DNA from: Octopus sinensis
Taxonomy: Eukaryota
NCBI RefSeq assembly: GCF_006345805.1
Contig: NC_042998.1
Span: forward strand, 72,292,001-72,356,000
Reading direction: 5' to 3'
DNA length: 64,000 nt
The notes under the pieces are model-generated. The model was not told the origin of the DNA, ran no database searches, and saw only the letters and a list, made by a program, of their open reading frames with translations. Made by a program: the position numbers and the translations under genes. Positions 1-13,386 of this stretch are shown here, piece after piece. Numbering within the stretch: the stretch's first letter is position 1; the number at the start of each line of letters is the position of its first letter.

Positions 1-1166
1 ATTATTCTGTGGCTTTACCTCACAAAACACCGACTTCTAATACAATTCTAAAATTATTGAATCGTTATATTGTCACAAGGTTTAAATTTGCCTAAATTGT
101 TAACCATTCATTAACATAAATTTTGATTGCATATCCCTGGCTCTTTTTTAGTATAATAATATTTAACCAACATATTAATACGTATTGTATCCTATTTTAT
201 ATTGTATCAGGTGTACAAATACTTTTATTCTGAAATGTCATGTTTTGTTCTTTCATGTGGGTATGAAACATCTACTATATACTTTGATTTCTATCATTGC
301 CTTAGTCTATGAATGTATAGGGAAGAGGTGAACCAATATAATCGAGTATGCATCAATAATTGTTGATCATTTGAATCGAGTCAATGTGAATTTTAGCTCA
401 GTTCATATAGAGAAATAATGTAATAACACAAGCGTAGGATGTGTGCTTTTTGCTTTTCAGTAACTCGTGAACCTTAATTCGAATATCTAAGGTTATTTAC
501 GACTACAAACAGGTAAAAGGCATACTTCCACAAAGATAAATATTCTAGAATGCATACTGGAAATGTTCATCTATCAGATTGACAAGATTTTAGATAAGAA
601 TATCGTAACAAACTGACAACATAGCATTTACGATTGTTCTGCAAAGGCTAGAGTGGCCTTTGCCATTTTAAACATTATAGCTTTCTAACTTCACCAATCG
701 AATCCCATAAATCGCAATCTTCCCGTCATCCAAATCCTGTCCTCCCTTTCACAAACGTACATATACTCTTTACTCAAAGTATTATTTGTTAACACCTCAT
801 ACTTTATTTATAAATTGTTTCCATGCTATATTTAGTAGCAATATATTTTACATACTATCATCCCTGTCATCATACTTTCGTTCCCTTATGTGAACGCCTA
901 ACTAGTAATCTTGTTTTCTCAACAGATTCGTCAAATATAAAGGTTTTACGGTAGCGTAAAATGCATGATGACATAAAATTCTTCGTACATGCAACAAACT
1001 ATCATGAAAACGTCGGTTTGTATGTAACCTGTAGGTATGGATTTTTAGAGGTTTACCACTCATACGTAAAAGCCGTGCATTTATTTGCCACGTGTATCCT
1101 GGTGTGCACCAAAATAAGGCATCTCCATATAAATATATATATATGTATGTATGTATGTGTGTACGT

Positions 1167-1214
1167 ATCAAAATAAGCAACAAGTATATCCGTATACTTG
1201 TTACTTATTTTGAT
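1167..1214. repeat. Short near-perfect hairpin (22-bp arms, TCCG loop)
   Basis: atcaaaataagcaacaagtata-tccg-tatacttgttacttattttgat; 21/22 complementary. Confidence 0.9.
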
Positions 1215-1719
1215 TGTAATCACCCATGGATTTATATGGATAATACCATACAAAATTCTGGTGCCTTTGACTTAATTACCATATTCATCTGAATCTCTCT
1301 CTCTCTATATATATATACAGTATATACATACGTATACATACATACTTACATGAATACATACATACATGCGTGCATACATACATACATATATATATATATA
1401 TATTATATATATATATATATATATGTATATGTATATATGTATATATATATATATTATAAAATATGATATAAATGTGGTCCAATCGCTGTGTTTGTTAATC
1501 TCAGGTTTTCTCTAATTTCTGATTGTTTGCATTGGTTCCTGGTAAACCCTTGCTTATCCTGTTGTTACCTGCACTCTACGTGCATGGTATGCCTGCACAT
1601 CAATGCCCGGCGATAATACGGGTAACGGATACTGATAGTATATACGAATATTTTAGTCCTTAGTCGGTTATTAAAACCACTAACTCTGTTCACACACATA
1701 TATATATAGAAATATATAT

Positions 1720-2589
1720 ATTTAACAATTAAGGATAACTTCTTAATAAGGAATCTTAGCAAGAAATTATCAGGTAGATAGCGTGAAAAACCTCATAAGA
1801 GAAAACATTTCGAAAATAATTCTTTCTTATTGAACATATTAATTTATATATAGAGGGCATTATTATACATACATGCCTCACGCTAAGAGGGACATCAGTC
1901 ATTTCTACCAAAAAATTTTACTAATCATACCCAATGCAATCTTTCAAAGCAAGACATTTAAAAAATGAATTTAAAAAATGAATTTTTTAAATGTCTTGCT
2001 TTGAAAGATTGCATTGGGTATGATTAGTAAAATTTTTTGGTAGAAATGACTGATGTCCCTCTTAGCGTGAGGCATGTATGTATAATAATGCCCTCTATAT
2101 ATAAATTAATATGTTCAATAAGAAAGAATTATTTTCGAAATTTTTTCTCTTATGAGGTTTTTCACGCTATCTACCTGATAATTTCTTGTTAAGATTCCTT
2201 ATTAAGAAGTTATCCTTAATTGTTAAATTTAAATTTATTCCGAAAAAACTTTTCTTATCCGAAATGCAATTCGAAGAAGCCCGCCATTTACCGGATGTAT
2301 AATATGTAAACTTCTACATGTGCTTCGTTTGGAGAGAGCAGATGGCTGTTCGACTTCGACGGTACAGGTCGTTTATTTATGATATATTCAGAATCAGTCT
2401 TGCTGATGAGTACGGTCGCAATTTCTGCGGTAAGTACGAAATCACAGGTGATACAAGACTAAATTCATTTTTTAAATGTCTTGCTTTGAAAGATTGCATT
2501 GGGTATGATTAGTAAAATTTTTTGGTAGAAATGACTGATGTCCCTCTTAGCGTGAGGCATGTATGTATAATAATGCCCTCTACATATAA

Positions 2590-2590
<1 letters not shown>
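1720..2590 (+). mobile_element. Hammerhead-bearing non-coding repeat unit (Penelope pLTR/retrozyme-like), ~485-nt period, preceded by an inverted copy
   Basis: 1720-1972 is the reverse complement of 1983-2228 plus the 2461-2482 junction sequence; 1989-2105 recurs at 2474-2590 (period 485); hammerhead at 2396-2460; flanked by (CA)n/(TA)n. Confidence 0.75.
2396..2460 (+). ncRNA. Type I hammerhead ribozyme, canonical core
   Basis: Stem I AGUCUUG/CAAGACU (7 bp), CUGAUGA, stem II GUAC/GUAC with inner CGCA/UGCG hairpin, GAAA, stem III UCAC-AG-GUGA, cleavage triplet AUA (cut after 2453). Confidence 0.9.
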
Positions 2591-2676
<86 letters not shown>

Positions 2677-2683
2677 ACATATA

Positions 2684-2856
2684 GGCGCAGGAGTGGCTGT
2701 GCGGTAAGTAGCTGCTTACCAACCACTGTTCCGGGTTCAGTCCCACTGCGTGGCATATTGGGCAAATGTCTTCTACTATAGCCTCGGGCCAACCAAAGCC
2801 TTCTAAGTTGATTTGGTAGACGGAAACTGAAAAGAAGCCCGTCGTATATATGTATG

Positions 2857-2887
<31 letters not shown>

Positions 2888-3102
2888 ATGTTTGTGTGTC
2901 TGTGTTTGTCCCCCTTGCATTGCTTGACAACCGATGCTGGTGTGTTTACGTCCCCGTTACTTAGCGGTTCGGCAAAAGATACCGATAGAATAAGTACTGG
3001 CCTTACAAAGAATAAGTCCTGGGGTCGATTTGCTCGACTAAAGCTGGTGCTCCAGCATGGCCGCAATCAAATGACTGAAACAAGTAAAAGAGTAAAAGAG
3101 TA
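2684..3102 (+). mobile_element. tRNA-type SINE (family A), full length
   Basis: Head ggcgcaggagtggctgtgcggtaag...gggttcagtcccactgcg (A/B-box-like), internal (TA/TG)n, tail (gtaaaaga)n; homologues at 35302, 41308, 55899. Confidence 0.85.
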
Positions 3103-3136
<34 letters not shown>

Positions 3137-3975
3137 ATATAACCTTATTATCATATGCTATATCAGTCGGAGAGAAAAGCTAGTTGAATACATGACAGTG
3201 ATATAAAGAATGATTTATTTGGAAGCATATCTTTCTCTGAAATAAAATTTGATGAATTTGAACACTTTTTTTTTAGATAATTTACCGAAATATATATGAT
3301 ATATCTCAATATCGATATAGGAATTTCTGTAAAAATACAATTGGTTTCAAATATTTTCTCACAATAATTCCATTTTGAATATCTTGATGGAGAGATACAC
3401 TTTTTACTGTTTTTTCTTCTTATTCCAGATGTCAGTTTTCACTCCACTCTGTATAAGTATTCAACATATATATTTCCATTGGTTATTTCAAACATTTAAA
3501 ACAATTTTTTTCAGACCAGAAATTTAAATCTAGTTTTAAATAAAATAAAGTATTCATGTTTTTACTACTTAAAGTTATTTATTGTTTAACATGGAAAGTA
3601 GACAGAACACAAATACGTAGCTTGGCTATATTTTGTATTTTTGTCTTGTTTTCTTATATTTTCTGTGCATATTTTAAAAGTTTTTTTCCACTCAGAAGTA
3701 CACATTCAACAACGAATCTCCGTTCGCTTTCATCCATATACGCAGATTGAGATTGTGCACTATTCCACAAACTTAATACTTTCAACAGCTTTTGTGAAGG
3801 TATGTCATATACTTTCGGAATAACACATATTTTCACAATATCGATCATTTAGTTCAAATAATATGTAGAGGCAGGATACGAATAGATTTCAATGCATCTG
3901 CTATTTATTGAACAATAATTCCCAGAGAAATTATCGAATAATTATTATAATGAAATAATGAAGTCCAAACCATAA

Positions 3976-4030
<55 letters not shown>

Positions 4031-4033
<3 letters not shown>

Positions 4034-4650
4034 TAATAATTATCGCCAAGCTAACATGACAGTCCAGAACAATAGGACTAATGCTGCCGTTTATTAGCTC
4101 CAAGAAGCCATCGCCTCTATCTAGCTATGCGACACACGAACCTGTGTCCATTATAACTTTCGAACAGGGGAGGTCAGCCGCTTCCCAGTTGCTGGACTGC
4201 TATGTTAGCATGGCGATAACTATTAATATCCAGTACCGATGCCGTTGTCTCCTTTAGAGAGACTTAGAAATAATAATATTTCTATTTTAGAAAACCAGTG
4301 GATGTATTCCACTGAATTTTTGGTAAATAAACCTTCGAGTAGACGGGCAATAGCGACGCCTGCTGGGTTTGGTTACTCTATATTGATAAGGGCAAATACC
4401 CTGAAACTAGTCTGTAGATGCCAGACCAGTAAAGAGAAGCGGCTGACCTCCCCTTTTCGAAGGTTGTAATGGACACAGGTTCGTGTGTCACATAGCTAGC
4501 TAGAGGCGATAACCTTTGGAGCTTATCAACGGCAGCATTCGTCCTATTGTCCTGGACTTCCATGTTAGCTTGGCGATAACTATTAATATCCAGTACCGCT
4601 GCCATATTCTCCTTTAGTATTCGAAATATATTTTGAGTTGTTGATATAAG
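4031..4650 (+). mobile_element. Second hammerhead-bearing unit (~360-nt period) preceded by an inverted copy
   Basis: 4031-~4199 is an inverted copy of ~4422-4588; 4202-4260 recurs at 4562-4620; hammerhead at 4377-4418; abuts (TA)n. Confidence 0.7.
4377..4418 (+). ncRNA. Minimal type I hammerhead, U3-A8 variant core
   Basis: Stem I UCUAUA/UGUAGA, core UUGAUAA, stem II GGG/CCU (G.U at 10.1-11.1), GAAA, palindromic stem III CUAG, GUC triplet (cut after 4412). Confidence 0.7.
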
Positions 4651-5031
4651 GGCCAATTATGTCATTTATTTTTTTCTTGAACAATGTTGACAATTGGTAA
4701 ATTATCACTAATATACAAAAAATATTGATGAATAAGCGTATTCATATATAAATAAAAAGGATTTTTCTAATATAGTAGGAGGAAGAAAATATATTAGGGG
4801 ATAGGAATTTGATATGTTGTTCCAACTCATAAAAGATAAGGCTATTTAGCTGGACTACACATTCCCGGCAAAAAAAACCTTCACAGATAATATAAATTAA
4901 ATAACAAGGAGAATTTATAATAAAACACTCATACCTCTGTAAGGGTACAAATCTAAAGGAACATCATAAAATCAAAAATAAAATAAAGTAAAGATAAAAT
5001 GAAAATAAAAGTGAAGACAGACGAAATGCCT

Positions 5032-5258
5032 ATTTCTTTATTACCCAGAAGGAGCTAAACACAGAGGAGACAAACAAGGACACACAGACGGATTAAGTCG
5101 ATTATATAGACCCCAGTGCATAACTCGTACTTACTTTATCGACCCCGAAAGGATGGAAGGCAAAGTCGACCTCGGCGGAATTTAAACTGAGAACGTAACG
5201 GCAGACGAAATACCGCTAAGCACTTCGCCCGGCGTGCTAACGTTTGTGCCATCTCGCC
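5032..5258 (-). mobile_element. SINE (family B)
   Basis: Contains atcgaccccgaaaggatggaaggcaaagtcgacctcggcggaattt; homologues at 12242-12456 (+) and 44870-45165 (-). Confidence 0.75.
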
Positions 5259-5432
5259 TTCTTTGCAACTGGAATATTTATCCAGCTGTACTTCGGTACA
5301 TACGTATATGCTTTTCTAGCCTTCTTTTGTACACGATTGCTATTTCTTTGATCCGAACTTGGTTCTTTACTATTTAGGTACCTTCTTAACTTGAATCTTG
5401 AACACTTAGAATTCCTGTACATATACATACAT

Positions 5433-5867
5433 GATGCAGCCCCCTCGTTATCGAGTATGGTCATTGATCGAAGCTTAACTGTTATTGGTGCTGTGATCGA
5501 ATGTGACTTTTATTCGCTTTTTAAGGTCACAGCCAGCCATTGAGTTGAGACTCACAGCACCATCAACAATCATGAACAATGTTTTTATCGTGCAATGCCT
5601 GTGCAAGAAGATTTTTTTTAAAGTGGGGAAAGGCTGTGCACTGAGTCAATCCCACTCACTAAGCAACAGCAGCCATAATCCGAAAGAAGAATAAGTCAAC
5701 ATCATCGGTAACCACTGAGGCGCAGATTTTATGTCGGAGTTATCCCAGTTACCTGAGTTACCTTCTCCTAGAAGGATGCCCAGCAAAGGCTAAGAGTCCT
5801 TCATTCCCAATGGTTTAACCGCGCGATCGGGTATTCAGTCCGAGTATTTCTATGTCCCCGCGCATGA
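5433..5867 (-). mobile_element. Non-autonomous bipartite RTE derivative (5' UTR fused to 3' end)
   Basis: 5433-~5510 matches 59406-~59483; ~5511-5867 matches ~62885-63262; flanking direct repeat catatacatacat at 5420-5432 and 5868-5880. Confidence 0.85.
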
Positions 5868-6128
5868 CATATACATACATACATACATACATACATACAT
5901 ACATACATACATAATATATATGTATATATATGAGTGTGTGTGTGTGTGTTTGTACGTGTGTGTCTGTGCATGTGCATGTGAATGTGTTCCAATTTACATA
6001 TACATGTGTATGTGTGTGCGTGTGAGTGTGTATGTGTGTAAATTTTCATATACGTATATATACCCGCGTGTGTATGCATGTCTGCATATTTCTGACTTTC
6101 GTGGGCGTTTTCAATATACAGTAACCCT

Positions 6129-6161
<33 letters not shown>

Positions 6162-8139
6162 ACAAGGCACTGCATTAGTTTTTCATGTGTCTCTCGATAG
6201 GATAACTGTATATTGAAAACGGCAATCGGGAATATGTCATAAATTTCGAGGCCAAATTTTTTGTTGATATTCTGAGGCCCCGGCGAGGCATGGCGATAAT
6301 CATGTTTCAATTCATAATTTTATCCCTTTCACACAAATTATACGCTTAATACTCTTTTACAAATTCATCACACTTTCTCATTATCCTCACCTAGGAATTG
6401 TATTTCAATAACCTATCAGAGAAATGTGTTTAGTTTGATAATAAAATACAATATTTGAATATCTGAGAGAAAATTGCTTTTAGGATTCTGGATATAAACT
6501 ATATTCATATAAAGATCAGTTCAGAAATGTTTCAGTCCCATTACTTATTCGAAATACTTGATGAAATAATATATTTAGATCAAAGGTTATTTCAATAAAT
6601 TATTTATTCGATATTTCTTGAAATAATCATAAAATAGGAAGTATTCGTATATATGGGAATTCAATCATGGCCTTTATTTGAATATAAGATGAAAATTTAT
6701 TAATATTGGGAATAATTTTGAAAACATTGCTGTAAATATATTGTACTGTTCCCATTTCTTGATTCAAGTTGCTTTAGAAATGCTTCTATACCCGATATTG
6801 TAGGGTCTTACATATGTGATATAGTGTATTGAAAATCAGCGTTCAACCGAGTTTTTAACATTTACTACACGAACACTGCGTCTAGTCTCCGTCTCCAGTG
6901 CATAAGCAAAATGATATAAACCTACTAAGATCATTCGATTAAAATGCTGGGATAATATTGACCGGTTATTCTGAAAATGGAGGGTTCCCCCTATCTGGTG
7001 TGGGGGGAACGATCCAGGTGTGTCGCTGAAAAAAAACGCAGCGATAATGAGGTAGTAAAAAGGGGGTGATGGATGACAATGCCCCACATCTATTTTCCCA
7101 CGTTACACTCAAGATTAGGAAATAGTGTTTAAAAATCGAACAAAAAAAACCCTTTGTCTTAAGAAAGCTAATTTCAAGTCAGAATAAGAAAAATTGAGCA
7201 AAAAAATACCAAAATGTTATTGATGAAGCAGGTCGTAAAATTGCCAGCAGAGTTCCCTATAAAGACGAAAACTTATGACTGGACAAAAGCAACATCAACA
7301 ACAATAATGACGTCAACAATAACAGCAATAACAAAATAAAAATAATATATATACATATACATAAGGAGAGAGAGGGGGAGAGAGAATTATAGATATATTT
7401 GGCATCAGTGAATTCTGTAGTCATTCTGCGTGGTCAAATCCTCATAGAAGCATTGTAAGTTATAAGTAACTATAACGATATTAACTTCTTTTTTTATTTA
7501 ACACTGGTGGAGTATCGTATGAAGTACATGGTTCTGCAGTGGGGTTCTAACTGGAGTTTACTTGGCGTTTTCTTTTTCCGGTATTTTCCATTTTTCTTTC
7601 AAATTAATATATTAGAAACTCTATCATTACGAATTAAAAAAATAAATGCAATTAATTTATATTTGTCGGACTTTCAGAATAACAGCCTTACATAAATCGG
7701 TATTTCTCGGTAGCTTTTCTTTTTCCGGAATATTTCCACATTTATAGCGTCCTGTATTTCAATCACTCTAAGGCGAACTTTCTTAAAACATTTTAAGCCA
7801 TACTTTTTTAAACGTCTACTCATAGTCTCATCGTACAAGCCACATCAGTTTTTGTCATCTTTTAGTAGAAATGCATTCTGAAAAACTTGTAATCCGCATT
7901 TTAATAGAAAACTTTCGGAAAACTATCCATATATGAATTGAAATTTTTTTTTACCCGTTTTCTTTACGGGATTTAAATTGTGAAAATTAAATCCGAGACG
8001 TGAAAGTACGAAATGTTTTCCCTACAAATGCTTATTATAAGTGTTTCGAAATGTGAAATACTATAACATGAATGATATATTCAGCATACTTAGAATAACC
8101 AAATTTACCATACTGTGCAATGAGTCTCTCTTGCCAATA

Positions 8140-9401
8140 ATTTAATGTACCTTGCTTATGTTTGCTTCGTCAAAGATTAATGTTTGGTTCAAGAGTGATT
8201 ATTTGTAACAGAAACAGAAACAGACAGGAAAGCGCTACGGAGGGGACATCATCTATGGGAGGTTATCATTAATGCTTCATCAGGATATAGAATGTTTCAA
8301 GTGAACTCCTATAATCTACAAGCAAAATCTGGTTGCTAATAAACTAAGTGATATACTTAGCAAATCGTTGAAAACTTATCACAAGAGTAAATATACACAA
8401 GGCATGGCTCTCAATTCCATTCAAATCAATAGCTTTGCGCATAGAATAATAATGATTTTGAATGTTTGTCGTTACATACAGAAGTTGGATGGATGTGAAA
8501 CGAAACTGCTTGAAAGTTCCTTTTCTAAAACAATAATTGAATTCTTCAAAGACTCTTCTAATCTTTCAGATAAACCAATAAATATGAAGCACGATATTGC
8601 TTATTTGGCAAATATGTTCCCAAAATCGAATGAAGTTAATTTGCAATAGCAAGGAAATGAGGTTAAACATTAACAAAGTAAAATTAGCTCTCTCCAAGTC
8701 TCTGTCCAAGTTACAGTTATTCAAGTTTAACACAATCCGTCCCCAGTTCTCCTGGTTTCCGAGCTTATATGAACTAGAGAATGAAAAGTGCGCACCTCAA
8801 AATGAGATTCAATTGCGTCATTCACACATGGATGAGCTGCAGATACACCGTCTGGTGATTCCTCGATATAATAAATGAAACAAATTAGTGGAGGAAGAAC
8901 ATGTTTCACTTTAATAGGATATTGAGCTGAGGCCAAAGTTTTGTTTTCAAAATGTCCTTTTCATTGCTAAAGGATATTTCTGTGCCGCACTGTCTAATTA
9001 AGTCAAAACGTACGTAATTATCTTTCCAAAAATCTTATTCAGTAGAACCCGGGTTCAGTGCAGTTGACAAGCTTCTTTCTAAGCAAAGATATATACTGAA
9101 AATTATTGAACGCGGTTATCTAATTCTACGTGTTAGTTCTGGTCAGACTGAAGTTGAGAAGCTCATAATCCTGCTCTGTGTACATCAATGACATTAAGAA
9201 TATGAAAACAACGTACTTATAGGTGAGATGCATATTTACTCATTCATATTTTAAAGACACTGAAATAACGGACCAATTAGGTAAAATGAAGCTGTTTAAA
9301 AGTGCAGTAGGAAAATGTCTCTGCTTGTGGTGATGGAAGAGGGTAGGAATGTGACTCGGATGTCAAGGGAATGGCACTCCGAAAAAGTTTGGGAACCACA
9401 G
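8140..9401 (+). mobile_element. Degenerate hAT (Charlie/Buster/ZBED5-like) transposon, 3' part
   Basis: Fragments DIAYLANMFPKSNEVNLQ*QG, FSWFPSL, GFSAVDKLLSKQRYILKIIERG; terminal aaaaagtttgggaaccacag resembles the reverse complement of the Charlie-type TIR cagtggttcccaaactt. Confidence 0.65.
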
Positions 9402-10089
9402 ATATAAACAATGCAGATGTAGTGAATCTACACAAGAATCAACAACAATAGAACTTCTCTGTAAAATCTAAAAGCGATAAATTGATCGTACTTAGTTTTG
9501 TTACAAGAAAGAATATTCCATAAATCCGTATAGAAATAAAAGGAAAAGAAATATTGATGAAATTGACGATATTACAGCTGCAGCAAATATCCCCGCGTCC
9601 TTTATATAAACCATAAAGCGAATTCTATATTTTTCAGACAATTCTTCAAGGCGACTTTGAATATATATATATATACTCACCTCCACTTTAGATATTCCAA
9701 TGTTGTTTATTTTTGTGAGTTATTGATAAGATGATTAAACGCATTAAAATAATTTTTCTTTTTAACATTTGTATAACTATTAGTTGTTTGAATATATCTG
9801 TCTGTTGGGCATGAGAATCGATGAGTCAATCAACCACTCGAAAATCAAACAATATGTTGAACCTTGTAAATTATCGTTTGTTATATATATAATCGAACAC
9901 GTTGTATATTATACAGTCTAATAAAAAAAAAATTAAGATATCATGCTGTTTTAAATGGCTATTTTTAATGTTCAAGAGTGATTAACAAGGTGTGTAATTG
10001 AAATAGTATTTAATTAAAATGTATATGAGATACAGACGTTTAAAGTAATTCATAATAAATGTGTCAGTTAAGATAAGGACATTCAATTT

Positions 10090-11290
10090 TACTTTAATAG
10101 AATATCAACATTTCAGAGATGGATTCAATTTTATACTTTAATGGAATAGATAAAATATGGGAATACGTGCTGTAGGCATTGATATCCTCTATAGCTTTCG
10201 GAATTTGTTTTGGCATTATTGCATGAAATATCTGAAACCTACATACAATGCGTTACATATGAACCTCTGTAGTGCTACTGGGAAGCTGACGTATTGCTTT
10301 AGGGCAATGGTTAATAATTTTGTAGCATATCTTTAGAAGTTCAAAGAATCCTGATAATGTTTCTGCCTTTAGTTGATTATGGCTTTGGCGTATCAACAAT
10401 TTGCATTTACCACACCCCTAAGAGCCGATTTAAGTATTTCATCAAAAGATTTTGGTGAGAAGATGCCTTAATTAAATATTATATGTGTTTTAACCAAAAG
10501 CGCTTTGTAACATCAAGTATCTATTATAAAATAACTGTAGTAAATTTTTACATCGGGCACTGAAAGTGATCAAGAGAGTAGAACGTGAGAATTCAAAGGT
10601 TGATATGTGCTGTAACTGAGATAAGATTGAATACCAGATGTCCGATCAAGATCCTGAAGAATGAAATCTCTTTGCAAGAAACGTAAAAGAAACTAAGGAA
10701 GTTATTAACATAAAATGACTTGGTAGTTTGATGGAAAGAAGTGAAACAGACTTTGCTGTAGGGAGGTCACTTACTTGGAGTACGTGTCACGAACTACATA
10801 AAATCTGGAGTTCTAAGATTGCACGTAAATTGAAACCTAGGTTGTTTTTCGTCGAAGGTAGTGTCAGTTTTGTTATACGTTGCTGAAATTTAGACCCTCA
10901 GCAAAAAGTTTGAAAAACAAATAGACGGCTGCTACGCAAGAATGTTACATGGTGACCTCATTTAACCAACGAGTAGCTTTATCAAGATCTACTCAAGGTG
11001 ACTGAGAAGATTCAGCAAGGAATGGGAATTGCTCGTCATTGCGTCAAGCACTCAGAACTGTGCGTCAAATGGTTTTATGACAGTCAAATGCAGGAAGAAG
11101 CAACAGAGAATGAAAAGTCAAACCTGCGTGGACAACTTGCTTCATGACAGTGGAATGGCAAATTTTGACGAATGATGAACATGCATGCAGAACGTGATGG
11201 ATGGTGTGCTCGCGTGGAATTATAGTAGCGTCCAGAAGGACGGCCAAGCAAAAGTGACTAACTTTAACAGAAATGAATAAAATAACTTAA
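10090..11290 (+). mobile_element. Degenerate RTE-clade LINE, 3' part
   Basis: Remnants of DF-ADD-like region, KIWSSKIARKLK.RLF, IDGCYARML and CMQNRDGW-like C-terminus; many stops and frameshifts. Confidence 0.6.
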
Positions 11291-12241
11291 CAAGAAAGCA
11301 TCGCATAATTTTGCGTTTACAGTTTGGTTTCATTTGGTTGTATCGTGTAGTTTTTATTACTATTCATATGTTCTATTGTCATTAAGATATCAGATTTCGA
11401 AAATAAATTAATATGTTTCAAATTTTGGCAATATAATTGTAACATTTTCGATGATTAACAAGAGAAACAATGGTTTAGTGAAATACGATAAGTGTGTGCA
11501 TGTGCGTTTACGTTTTGTGTAACATTTGTCGTCTAATAATTAATCAAAACAGACAATATTTCAAGAAAGGTGACAATGGATTAGTTTAATGTAACTTGCG
11601 CGAGATGCTGTGTAACGCCTGCCGACAAGTGCAATTAAGAAATATTTCAACACTAACCAACTCATTCAAAAGAGGTTTATTAATCATAATCTTCTATACA
11701 TGCCTTCCTGAAACTACAGTATTTAGTCTGTTGAACACAAAATAAGTAGGTTATTACCCATTGATATCTAACAGTAAGGGAATAGTTTTATTTTGAAAAC
11801 AATAAAATGCTACTGCTATGGTAATAGAATCTATTATTCATGAGTTATATATCTAATGTACATATTAGCTGAAATATATTTGCAATGACAAATAGGTAAC
11901 ACATGGAAGATTTCACTGCTATTTCTTGCAGGTTATGTAATCCTGTAGAGCTTTTTCTGATTGCACGATACCATACAAACCATTACAGAATGTGTTGCTA
12001 AAATGAATGGAGACTAATATAGTGGTATTAACATAGGCCGGGAAAACTGCTTAGCAGTATTGCCTCAGTCTCTAGGTTCTGAGTTCAATTTCAACTCACG
12101 TCGACTTCAGTTTTCATTATTTCGGTTGTCAGTACAATAAGCACCAGTTGAACGCTAGGCTCGATGTAATATTCTTATATTTTTCTTCGAAACTTGCTTG
12201 CTTTGTGCCAAGTTTTGAAACGAATATTATATCGGCAAAAC

Positions 12242-12456
12242 GCGGCGAGCTGACAGAACCGTTAGCACTTCGAGCGAAATATTCAGCGGTATTTCGTCTG
12301 TCTTTACGTTCTGAGTTCACATTCCACCGAGATCGACTTTGCGTTGCATCCTTCCGGGGTCGATAAATTAAGTACCTGTTGCATACTGGTGCCAATCTAA
12401 TCGACCGGCTCTCTCCTCAAACATCTCTGGCCTTGTACCTAGAGTAGAAATAATAA
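12242..12456 (+). mobile_element. SINE (family B); partial copy also at ~12035-12130
   Basis: gcggcgagctgacagaaccgttagc...gatcgactttgcgttgcatccttccggggtcgataaattaagtacc; reverse complement of 5032-5258. Confidence 0.75.
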
Positions 12457-12999
12457 TATATCATAAAATATCACTTCGATATGAAGCATAAAATTCTATG
12501 TAAGAGAATGTTTATGCTTCTAGCAATATCCAAAGACCTGGATAATTTAAAAACATACCATTTCTTTTCTTTGGTTAAATATATAGAAATACATGTAAGC
12601 GGTGAAATAAATACATATTGAAATATTATACATTCTCTACATTTTGAAGGATTCCTGTTTGCTAATATCAGGCAAATTTTTGTAAGCAGTTAGTATAAGA
12701 TAATTTTATACTACGCCAAACCTTTCGCTGACATATTAAACAGATAAATATATTAGTAAGCTGCTTTATCTTAATTCATTTTAAAGAAACATATTTGAAA
12801 CTAAATATGTGTTGGATTTTCTTTAAGCAAGATTTCATACGTTTATATGAGTAAATTCAATAATCCGAAAGAAGTTCTGATAGTGAGTAGAAATCGTAAC
12901 TAATTCGATAACACACATGCTTACAAACACTCAGCACATTCAAACGTAATCGCGCTCGCTTTGTTCTGTCTTTTTTTGTGCTTTCTTGTTTGGATTAAC

Positions 13000-13032
<33 letters not shown>

Positions 13033-13053
13033 TGAGAATATGGACGCAGTCAG

Positions 13054-13190
13054 AATTTTGGATAATCCCTTATTAGCGCTTTCGTTTGTCTACGAACTTG
13101 TGAAGACAGAATCAAAATCATTTTGATTTTGATTTTGTCTAACCGAGTTCGTAACCGAACGAAAACGGTGATTAGGGATTATCTGAAATT
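13054..13190. repeat. Imperfect palindrome (~65-bp arms)
   Basis: gataatccct...ctttcgttt...tacgaact...gaatcaaaatc / gattttgattt...agttcgta...gaacgaaaa...agggattatc. Confidence 0.75.
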
Positions 13191-13287
13191 ATAACTGCCT
13201 CCTTTTTCTCAATATACAATATCTGTTCTCCAATTCAAACACTCTATGCATACATATATGTATACACACACGCACACACACACACAG

Positions 13288-13319
<32 letters not shown>

Positions 13320-13384
<65 letters not shown>
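13320..13384. repeat. (GATA)n microsatellite, representative of dozens of (TA)n, (CA)n, (CATA)n and (GATA)n tracts
   Basis: Direct reading; these tracts generate most YIYIY/LSIY/THTH ORFs in the track. Confidence 0.95.
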
Positions 13385-13386
13385 TA

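Noticed and set aside
455-520. Exon-like segment (ttttcag...acag|gtaaaa)
   Set aside because: Stop codons in all three frames and no supporting neighbouring exons.
9670-9730. Minus-strand donor-like GAG|GTGAGT
   Set aside because: No plausible acceptor or open frame upstream.
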